In this document: piece by piece, positions 13,801-23,288 of the stretch
Layout of the letters: each line of letters opens with the position of its first letter
How positions within the stretch are numbered: position 1 is the first letter of the stretch
Source of the DNA: Phaeosaccion multiseriatum
Lineage: Eukaryota; Protista; Ochrophyta, other classes
Direction of reading: 5' to 3'
DNA: 64,000 nucleotides
Assembly (NCBI GenBank): GCA_965112735.1
Contig: OZ218961.1
Coordinates: 930,001 to 994,000, forward strand
Made by a program: the position numbers and the translations under genes
The notes under the pieces: generated by a model
Database searches by the model: none
Told to the model about the DNA's origin: nothing
What the model saw: the letters and a program-made list of their open reading frames with translations, nothing else

Positions 13801-14780
13801 CATGACGATGACTCACTCTATTTACTGCTCCTGCCGAATGTCCCCCTCCCCCCCCAACAGGCCCCATTCCCTCCGAGCTCGGGAATCTCCATAGCCTCAC
13901 GGATCTACGCCTTCAAGACAACAAGCTGTCGGGTGAGTGCATGCGGGGGTCGAGTTGTGTCCGAGGAGACGGGTGTGCATCCCTGCTGCTCTTGAGCCAT
14001 GCCATGCCCTGAGCTGTGGCGGGGAGGCCTCTAACGAGCTGCATGCATGACGATGACTCACTCTATTTACTGCTCCTGCCGAATGTCCCCCTCCCCCCCC
14101 AACAGGCCCCATTCCCTCCGAGCTCGGGAATCTCCATAGCCTCACGGATCTACGCCTTCAAGACAACAAGCTGTCGGGTGAGTGCATGCGGGGGTCGAGT
14201 TGTGTCCGGGGAGACGGGTGTGCATCCCTGCTGCTCTTCAGCCATGCCCTGAGCTGTGGCGGGGAGGCCTCCAACGAGCTGCATGCATGACGATGACTCA
14301 CTCTATTTACTGCTCCTGCCGAATGTCCCCCTCCTCCCCAACAGGCTCCATTCCCTCCGAGCTCGGGAATCTCCGTAGCCTCACGCTCCTATACATGTAC
14401 AACAACGAGCTGTCGGGTGAGTGCATGCGGGGGTCGAGTTGTGTCCGAGGAGACGGGTGTGCATCCCTGCTGCTCTTGAGCCATGCCATGCCCTGAGCTG
14501 TGGCGGGGAGGCCTCGAACGAACCTGCATGCTTAACGACGAGTCATCCTCCCCCCCTCCCTCTTGCTCCCCTCCCTCGCTCAGACAACCCTGGAAATCTC
14601 GACGGTCGTGACGCCGTGAAGCGTTGGCATGCAAAGAGAGTGATCGCCCTTCCTCCACCCCCCCCCTCGACCCCAGCCCGCTTCAAGAGCAGCAGCAGCA
14701 ACAGGAGGACAAGGTGTCAGGACGAGCAGCGGCGCCGAGAGTCCCCTGTCTGCGTGGCTGAGAGACAATTGCCGCTTTGA
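7833..14780 (+). CDS. LRR protein with one 24-aa LRR per 72-nt exon. Exon 1 7833-7950, cap exon 8094-8135 (GAVVKLRVTGQSLSG), 26 LRR cassettes from 8293-8364 to 14345-14416, last exon from 14584. ~718 aa as read if cassette 8 is skipped.
   Basis: Each cassette reads AACAG|G[SP]IPSELGNLxxLTxLxLxxNxLS G|GTGAG, all phase 1. Cassette starts: 8293, 8552, 8804, 9046, 9277, 9515, 9762, 9996, 10241, 10483, 10727, 10967, 11216, 11458, 11699, 11937, 12183, 12426, 12653, 12893, 13133, 13374, 13616, 13861, 14106, 14345. No signal peptide or TM segment seen. Confidence 0.88.
8293..14530 (+). repeat. Tandem array of 26 x ~230-260-bp units (72-nt LRR exon plus near-identical ~155-190-nt intron)
   Basis: Intron consensus GTGAGTGCATGCGGGGGTCGAGTTGTGTCCGAGGAGACGGGTGTGCATCCCTGCTGCTCTTCAGCCATGCCCTGAGCTGTGGCGGGGAGGCCTCYAACGAGCTGCATGCATGACGATGACTCACTCTATTTACTGCTCCTGCCGAATGTCCCCCTCCCCCCCAACAG. 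Confidence 0.97.
9996..10067 (+). other. LRR cassette 8: intact reading frame but mutated splice acceptor (probable silent or skipped exon)
   Basis: Preceded by AACGG (9991-9995) instead of AACAG. Encodes GSIPSELGNLHSLTILYLHNNQLS. Donor intact. Confidence 0.75.
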
Positions 14781-15524
14781 CAACCCCGAAGAGCTGGCCA
14801 AGGACCTTGCCGGTGTGGGCGTCGACATGGGCGTGGTCCGCTTCTCGGAGCAGGAGGACCTGGAGGAGGCCATTGCCAGTCTCACGTGGGCCCCCATCCG
14901 CAAGAAGGCCTTCCTCGGGGCGTGCAAGGCCGGGAGGAACGAGCAGGGACCTGAGTGCTTGAACAAGGCCTTCCACGCCTCCACAGCACACAAGGCAGGG
15001 GAAGCAGGGGAAGCAGCGGCGGCTGCTGGCGTGGGGCCAGTGCGTGGACAGTCGTTTGGTACAGATGTCCGGTGACAAACAGCACCCGCCCACCGACTTC
15101 ACACACGAGCAGGGGGCTTCCACGCGGGACGCTCAGTACCCGGACAAGGGCAGCACGGACTCGAAGCATAATCAAGGCGCATTGGGTGGCTAGGCATGAA
15201 TATGATGCAGGAGAGCTACTTATCCAGCATCGGCCAGGTGGGGCTCTCCGGTCGCAAACTCGCAGAAGCCGCAGCCATGTTCCACTTGGGGGTGGGCAGT
15301 GCCCCACGCAAGCCCGGGAAACCCGTCAACAGTGCCAAGTACAGCGACCGCATGAGCCTTGGCGAGATGATCAGCAAGATGCTTCGCGAAGTGCCCGCCG
15401 TTACCTGAAGGCAACGATGAGGTGCATCACAACATCAACGAGCGGCACGAGTACTTTCACAACAAGGTTGCCATCGGGCATGCTGCATACGCCCGTCGCC
15501 AGTGAGATCCTGCACTTGCTCTGA
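14644..15524 (+). pseudogene. Disrupted C-terminal tail of the LRR gene: SAM-like segment (~14740-14931) followed by HEPN/DUF4145-like segment (~15196-15524)
   Basis: Removing one C from the C9 run at 14658-14666 fuses the LRRs to SPLSAWLRDNCRFDNPEELAKDLAGVGVDMGVVRFSEQEDLEEAIASLTWAPIRKKAFLGAC. Further on: SGRKLAEAAA...SLGEMISKMLREV, then after a frameshift near 15395, HHNINERHEYFH (R-x4-H at 15443-15460). In-frame stops at 15073 and 15169. Confidence 0.45.
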
Positions 15525-15849
15525 GCTGTACCACCAACGCGCTCACTACCATGGCAGACTCGCAGCGCACAGTAGACGCTGTCATTTGTAAATTCATTTC
15601 ACTTTCCATCTTCATTTTAGTTTAGTTCTGCACTTGCTGCACCAAGCCCCCGCTCCACCCGCTGCTGCCAGCAAGAGCTGCGTACATCGTGTCTGTTGGT
15701 TGGCGACGACGCCGGGCCGCTGCCGTATGTAGTACTGCCGTGGCCAACGATACCCCCAGAGAGCACAAGTCAGTCGCCCATGCGCCTCCAACATAGCAGG
15801 GGGATGGCAGTCAATGGCAGGCATGCGCTCCTACAACGCCCAACCCTCT

Positions 15850-18786
15850 CCCCCTCCTCCTTCACCTCCTTGCAGGAGCAAGCAGTTGGTGATACAGCAG
15901 CAGCTGCAGAGAAGATCCCTCTCCCCTCTTCGAATGTCCTCGACACTCCTTCTCTTATCCCAGCCCCACCTTCCTCTCCTCCACCCCTACCCCCCCCCCT
16001 CTCCTCCTCCTTCTCCTCCTCATCATCATCGTAAACCTCATCCTCACAGCCCTCCTCCTCCTACAGTTGTAATGGCACGACTTCTCCTCCTCCATCCACT
16101 GCCATCCCCTCCTCCTTCTCATCGTCATCCTTGTCGCTCTCCTCCCCGAGTGAGTGCTGTACCTCCCTGAAGGAAGCGCTCCTCTGCCTCAGCACCTCCA
16201 TGCCCTCGAAGCCCTTATGTAACATTAGGTAGAGGGGTAGAGGGGAGGGAGGGAGAAAGGGAGGGGAGGAAGAGAGAGGAAAAGGAAGAGGGACAGAGGC
16301 AGACAGAGAGAGCAGGTTGGGGGGTGGGGGGTGGGGGTGAGTACAGACCTGGTGTTAGACTTCCTAGAGAGGGATGCCAATGTACGGGGTACCTCCTCCT
16401 CCTCCTCCTCCTCCTCCTCCTCCTCCTCCTCCTCCTCCTCCTCCTCCTCCTCCTCCTCCTCCTCCTCCTCCTCCTCCTCCTCCCCATTGCTTGGCGCTTA
16501 CCTCCTCGCTTCTTAGGCTATGCAGCTGCTCTCTGCGGTCCCTGCCCCCCTCGCCGAAGTTCGCAGACACGTGGTCGTAGTAGGCGTAGGAGGAGCGCTG
16601 CTCGGCGCCAACCGTCATGCCTAGGCCGTCCAGATCGGCCTGTTGGTGATACAGGGGGGGAGGGGGGAGGGAGGAGGAGGAGGAGGGGTGGGTGTGAGGG
16701 GCTGGGTGGATGGGTAGGTGGATGGGTGGATGGGTAGGTGGGATGGGTGGGTGAGTCGGTGGATGGATGGGTGGATGGATGGGTGGGAGGGTGTGGGTGG
16801 GTCGGTGGATGGGTGGGTGGATGATACGCTAACCCAAGTCCTCACACCCACATGACATTGCCATCCACCCACTCACCGCCGGCCCCCCTTTTCTGTTGAG
16901 CATGTGCAGAGAGGCCTTGTTGAGGCGGAACACACCCGTGTCTGCGTCTATCTCCGCCGCGGGTTCCAATCCGGCATGCTCCTGTAGCGTAAAACGGGGT
17001 TTCATATGATACAATGGGGGGTTGGGGTGGAGGGTATGGGGTACAGGGTCAAGGGTGGAGGGTGTGGGGAATGGGGTTTAGGGTATAGGGTATGGGGTAT
17101 GGGGTATGGGGTACAGGGTATGAGGTGGAGGGTGTAGGGCATGGGGTTTAGGGTATAGGGTATGGGGTATAGGGTATAGGGTATAGGGTTTAAGGTACAG
17201 AGCATAGGGAAGGGGGATGAGGTATGGGGTACAGGGTCAAGGGTGGAGGGCATGGGGCATGGGATTTAGGGTATAGGGTATAAGGCCAAGATATAGAGTA
17301 TAGAGTATGATGAGGAGGGGGGAGAGGGTCAAGGGTGGAGGGCATGGGGCATGGGGTTTAGGGTATAGGGTATAGGGTATAAGGTATAGAGTATAGGGTA
17401 TGAGGTATGAGGTATGGGGTACAGGAGGGTCAAGGGTGGAGGGTGTGGGGCATGGGGTTTAGCTAGGGTATAGGGTATAGGGTATAGGGTATAAGGTTTA
17501 GAGTATAGGGTGTGGGGAAGAAGAAAGGGGGACAGGGTCAAGGAGGGTGGAGGGTGTGGGGCATGGGGTTTCTAGGGTATAGGGTATGGGGTATGGGGTA
17601 TGGCTGGGGTACAGGGTCAAGGGTGGAGGGCATGGGGCATGGGGTTTAGGGTATAGGGTATAGGGTATAGGGTAAAAGGGAAAGAGAATAGGGTATGAGG
17701 AGGGGGGGGGGAAAGGGTCAAGGGCGGAGGGTGTGGGGCATGGGGTTTAGGGTATAGAGTACTGTATAGGGTACGAAGTATGGGGTATGGGGTATAGGTA
17801 TGGGGTACAGAGTATAGGAAGGAGGGTATGGGGTACAGGGTCAAGGATGGAGGGTATGGGGTTAGGTACCTCTTGCTCTCGGAGGTCATGATGGTTCTTG
17901 ATCTTAGTGAGCAGGTCCACTCCCTGCGTGTGTGCGAAGGGGAACGAAGTAGAGGAGGAGGGAAGGAGGAGGAGGAGGAGGAGGAGGAGGAGGAGGAGGA
18001 GGAGGAGGAGGACAGGGAGGGAGGTATGCTCCGTTAAGAAGGGATCATGCATCATGCCATCCACGCCTCGCCCTGCTGGGGATGGATCCATTTTGAGACT
18101 GCAAACCCCCCTACTCCCTCCCTCCCTCCCTCCCTCCCTCCCTCCCTCCCTCCCTCCCCTCCCTTCCCTTCCTCCCTTCCTCCCTCCCTTCCTTCCTCTC
18201 TCCCTTCCTCCTTCCTTCCCTCCCTCCCTCTCTCCCTCCGTCCTTCCGTCCCTCCCCTCCCTCCCTCCCCTTCCTCCGTCTGTATCACCAACCCGCTCAG
18301 AGTGAAGAGGAGGAGGAGAAGGAGGAGGAGGATTTCCGAGTCGAGGCGCAGGCGTACATGAGGAAACGCGCACGCACGCACGTACGCACGTACACACAAG
18401 GAGCACAGAAGAGAACTAGGGTGGACAGTCACAGATGGAGAACTAGGGAGCTCTGTTTCCGTCTTGTCGTGAAGGACTCGGTCAAGCGAAATCAGATACT
18501 TGCCCGGAGCACACAGAGCAGCAAGACAGAAAGGGGGGACGAAGAAGTCCGAGAAGTCAGAGTACAACACAACGCTCCTTTGGTTTGTACTCGTGGCTCT
18601 CGTCAGGAGTGGACAAGGAAGCGCTAACCCACATTCAAAGTCAGTAGAATTGCATCGGGAAGGTCTTGACTCCTTGCAAATATATTAACACACGTTGGAG
18701 GACACTACTTACTCCCTTGGAAGGTCGGGCGAGAGCTCCTGCCCCCGCATGGTTGCCGAGCGCTCAGGAGGAGCTTTACATCTCAT
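15850..18786 (-). CDS. Hypothetical multi-exon gene, boundaries uncertain
   Basis: Coding-like segments bounded by splice signals: [24 protein letters not shown] (~18786-18713), [31 protein letters not shown] (~17925-17868), [75 protein letters not shown]. No family recognised. Confidence 0.4.
17029..17866 (+). repeat. Intronic degenerate telomere-like G-rich heptamer array (TATAGGG/TATGGGG/TTTAGGG) with a higher-order unit
   Basis: Runs such as GGGGTTTAGGGTATAGGGTATAGGGTATAGGG, interleaved with recurring GGGGTACAGGGTCAAGGGTGGAGGGYRTGGGGCAT. Confidence 0.75.
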
Positions 18787-18849
18787 CTCGTGTCAAGTCA
18801 TGTTGTTGTAGGTAGATACAGTAAGCTATTTGACACGAACCTCCTCTCC

Positions 18850-20153
18850 TCACCACCACTCCTCCCCCTCTTCCTCCTCCAAACTCCACCACCCCTCCTC
18901 ACTCTCCTCATACTCGACGTTAACTCCCTCATTTTCCTCCTCCTCACTCTCCTCGTGGTCCTCGTGGATATACACCTCAAGGCCCTCGGGTAGGGCATCA
19001 GGGAGTTCGCACCTCCTTCCCACAGTAAGCCGCTTCAGCCCTGCAGGCAGATCCGATAGGGGCTGACTGTACAACATTCCCAACTCCAGAGTCCGAAGAG
19101 AGGAAGGAAGAGTCAACGGCTGATTGAAAGCCGAGTACTCATCAAACTTCAGCACCTCCAGACCTGCAGGCAGATCCGATAGGGGCTGCGCGAAGTCGAA
19201 CCCCAGCTCCAAAGTCCGGAGAGAGGCAGGCAGGACCAGTGGTTGGTTATACTTCGAGTCCCTGCCAAACTTTAGCACCTTAAGCCCTGCTGGTAGATCC
19301 GATAGGGCCAACTTGTAATGCGTTCCCAGCTCCAAAGTCCGGAGAGAGGCAGGCAGGACCAGTGGTTGGTTATACTTCGAGTCCCTGGCAAACTTTAGCA
19401 CATTCAGGCCGGCTGGTAGATCCGATAGGGGCAACTTGTAATTCTTCCCCAGCCCCAGAGTCCGAAGAGAGACAGGAAGGGTCAAACATTTGTTAAAACG
19501 AGCGCCAAACACCACCTCCTCCAGAGAGCTGGGCAGAACCACAGGCTGGTTAAAATTGAGCCCGAAAGAGACTTTACGCAGCGATGAGGGAAGGACTATG
19601 GTCTGTGCAAACGCTTCGCCAAACGAAAGCTCCTCCACAGAGTCTGGCAGGATCACCCGGGGCTGATCGAAATAGCGCCCGAACGTGATTGCCCGTAGCG
19701 AGGATGGAAGAGCTAAAGGCTGATCAAAGTGCTCACCCAGCTGCAAAACCTCCAGAGAGCTGGGCAGTATAACTTCTGGCTGATTGTATTTGTCTCCAAA
19801 TACGATCTTCCGCAGCGATGGAGGGAAGTCCACTGGGCGATTGAACCTGGAGTCGGTGTCGAAGATCAGCTCCCTCAAACTGCGTGGAAGCGTCACGTCT
19901 CCATCAAAATACAGACCGAAATGCAGACTTTCCAGCCAGTCAGGAAGGCACACCTCAGGGGGGTTGAAGTAGTTCCCCAGGCGAACGTGCTTCACCGAGG
20001 GAGGTAGCACTCTCAGCCCTTCCTGGATAAGGGCAGTATCCACGTTCAGATAGGACCACGCGCTTCCGATCAAAAAGCCAAGTGATGCAGCAGTCACACG
20101 AAACACACGAATCTCCTGAGTGCCTACATGCTGCTCCTCCTGGGAGCCTTGGC

Positions 20154-20205
<52 letters not shown>

Positions 20206-20526
20206 AGCAGCAGAAGCAGCCCCCCCCGCCGCAGCCGAAGCAGCCGCAGATGACGCCCCTCCTTGCGGCGGTGCAAGCTCAAGACGCTGCTGGTACTCGA
20301 GCATCCTCAAAAGCCGCTGCTGGACAGCTTGAGGGGTGTAGTCACCTAGCGCCACACGCCGCCCCGCTACTGCGTCCACCTCTCTACACAGGCCCCACAG
20401 ACTCCGGCAGGACCCCACATTGGCAGCTAAGACAGTCAGGACCTCCACCCCATCCCAGTCTCCTGTCTGAGGACCAGTAGGAGGGGGTGTATGCACCTCA
20501 GCAGCAGCAGCGCCACCCTGTTCCAT
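18850..20526 (-). CDS. Intronless FNIP-repeat (FNIP/IP22-type LRR) protein with degenerate F-box-like N-terminus and acidic tail (copy 1)
   Basis: Start taken at MEQGG. DWDGVEVLTVLAANVGSCRSLWGLCREV is followed by many FNQP-x-LPxSLxxLxFG repeats. Tail EDHEESEEEENEGVNVEYEESEE. Confidence 0.88.
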
Positions 20527-20869
20527 CCTTATCCTGTTCTCTTCCCCCTCTCTCCTAAAGTCTGCGCTCCTCCCAGCATAAAAACTCGTCCAGATCAGCA
20601 GAGAGGGGGGAGAGAGGACTAGAATGAGCAAAGGAACACTGTGTGCTGTAAGAAAGATAGATATAGAAAGGAGGAAGAAGGAGAGCGGGTGGCCCAGGCC
20701 CAAGCAGTTCTTTCACTGACTTAAAACGCGCCCTTTTTATATACCCTCCTCCTCCCTCCTCCTCCTTCTCCTCCGGGCATACTCCGAAGGTTGCGTTACA
20801 GGTGGTTCTGCAGCCAATCTATCCGAAGGTGCGCGCAAGGAGTAGAGGGAGAGGACAATAAGACAAAAT

Positions 20870-23234
20870 ATGGGATCGATCAGCAGGACCGGAGCTGCCA
20901 AAGGCGAGGGTGGTCACCGAAACAGCAAACAGGGGAACCAGGGCAGCTATCAGACAGAGCTGGAGAGAATGGAGTCCGTGGAAGGATACACCTTCTGCTC
21001 CCGGGTGAGTGAGCGTGGCTACTAATCAGCAGGGAACAGGGAGTAGAGAAAAAAAAAGTGTCAGGCAGACAAGTACTTCAACTGTCCTCGTCTACTGCTC
21101 CCCCGTCAGGCAATGCGACGCACTATTCCCAAGTTCCGAATGGAGATGGACTCGCTGCCCGCAGACGTCGCTTCTCAGTTTATCAAGGATGAAATGGTGA
21201 GTCGAGCCAGCCCTTCAATGATAATGTGTTCGGTGCCGTGCTGGCGAGTGCGGAAAGTGTTTCTCGCACGTGTCCTTCAAGGCTTTGTACATGGATTCAT
21301 CGATTTCTCCCCACTCTTGAGGAAGGGAAGGTGCACTAGAGATCTCTATGCAACAGTAATCTCTCTTCGGCTTCATTTGATTTCCTCCCTCGGCTGCTTG
21401 TCCTCCTCTCCTCTCCCCTTTGCAGGTCTTGGACGGGAACGTGTCTCAGAACCTGGCCAGCTTCGTTTCCGTGACCATGTAAGTTCCTGAGCCCACTCAT
21501 CACACTCACCAACTAGCCCACCATCGTACACACACGCAGTACCAGAATGCGCTCACGCACCAACCCACTCACGCTCACAACATGTGATGTGTGTGTATAT
21601 CGTTGTACCTTGCTGCCCCGCACAGGGAGAAGGAGGGCGAAGAGCTGATGGCCCAGGCGATGACCAAGGTGCGCACCTACGATACACTGGAGTAGAGTTC
21701 TTCGCTTGATGCTCCTCCCATACTCTACTGCTTGTACTCCTTCAATCAATCACACTCCGCCCTCCCCTCTCTCTCCCCTTCCCTCCCTCCTGCCTGCTTT
21801 CATCTTCCCTGTGGCGCCACCGACGTCTCCTTTCTGGATACCGACATCCTCTACGCACAGAACTTCATCGATCTTGGTAAGGAGTAACAAGTGAGAAAGC
21901 GATTTGAGAGCGAGACGAACTGAAGCGTGAGATGCGTGCCGTGATACGTGGCCGTACGAGGCATATACATACACGCGCCCATATACCCATATACCCATCA
22001 GCCCACAAGCGCACGCACGCACACGCACACATACACGCACACACGGATATTTCGCAGCCTCCCTCACGCGGACCTGCCCTCCGCCCCCCCCCCCTCCATC
22101 GCCCACAAACATACATACACACACCCGCACACACACACACAAACACACACACAAACACATACACTCAAACACACATACGCCAACACACACACGCACACAC
22201 ACACGTACACACACCGTAAGACTCTTACCCGCAGACGTGTCAAATCGAACAGCGCTGCGTGACCATCATTGCCAACCTCTTCAACGCCCCGCTGGGCCCC
22301 GAAGGTAAATGACGGAGAGTGTATGAGTTGATATGAGTTTCACAACCCTCCCTCCTCCTGGAAATGTGATCGTCAAACCCTTTCCTACTCCTCGATGCAA
22401 GCAAGCACGCATAGCGGGAAGAAGACTCGTGACATGGTGACAATAGAAGTACTAGTACATGATTTAAAAGAAGAGGCGGAAGGGGATGTGTGCTCTGCCT
22501 CACTTAAGCTCTGGTCCCTCTTGCATTGTTCTCGTGTCCCTCCCTCCCTCTCTCTCCACCTCCCTCTCGCTCTGTTGTGTCCGCCTTCCTTCGCCCACCT
22601 CACTCCTCCCCACTCCATTCCTTTGCTTCCATCTCCACCCCCCCCCACCCATAAATTCACCCATCCACTCACCCACCCCCCTCTACCCACCTTCCCACTC
22701 TGATGGCGGCGGGCGGCACCCCACCCACTCGCTACTTACCAAACCAAACCAAACCAAAACCAAACCAAACCACATCACACCCACAGAGCTGGCAACTGGC
22801 ACGGGATGCATCGGCTCCAGCGAAGCCATCATGCTCGCTTGCCTTGCCATGAAGTGGAGGTGAGTAGGATCTCGTGCACACGAGACCTCACAGCTCATGA
22901 GACAGGCACAAACATTCTCAGTGTCAATACTGAACTGACTTACTCATTGACTTATTGCTTCCGCACAGGTGGCGGGAGATGAGAAAGAGCCAGGGGAAGG
23001 ACTGCTCCCGGCCCAACCTGGTCTTTGGCGCCAACGTCCAGGCAAGTAGCAAGTCGTGCTTGACAAGAGCTTGCCAATGTGCTTGACATGGACATGGACA
23101 TTGCGCATGGACATGGGTACTACTGTGGACAAGCGAGCAAGCTAGGCACTCTCTCCACTCGCTCACCCACCCTCCACGCTACTTGGAGGTATCAACGCTT
23201 CGACTCTCTCTCTCCCCCTCTCTTCCTCTCTCTT

Positions 23235-23288
<54 letters not shown>

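Noticed and set aside
8293-14530. CRISPR-like repeat/spacer appearance
   Set aside because: Units are ~245 bp, the variable parts are LRR codons within GT-AG-bounded exons, there are no cas genes, and the context is eukaryotic.
8173-14780. Many short ORFs reading through GECMRGSSCVRGDGCASLLL
   Set aside because: These are unspliced translations of the repeated intron; frames break at variable C-runs.
7833-15524. ROCO, NLR or receptor-kinase identity for the LRR gene; DGR-type retro-diversification
   Set aside because: No Roc P-loop, NB-ARC, TM or kinase exon follows the array. There is no reverse transcriptase in the window and changes are not adenine-restricted.
20527-20703. Hydrophobic N-terminal extension of FNIP copy 1 (possible signal peptide)
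   Set aside because: Non-ATG start, and absent from copies 2 and 3; likely UTR or promoter.
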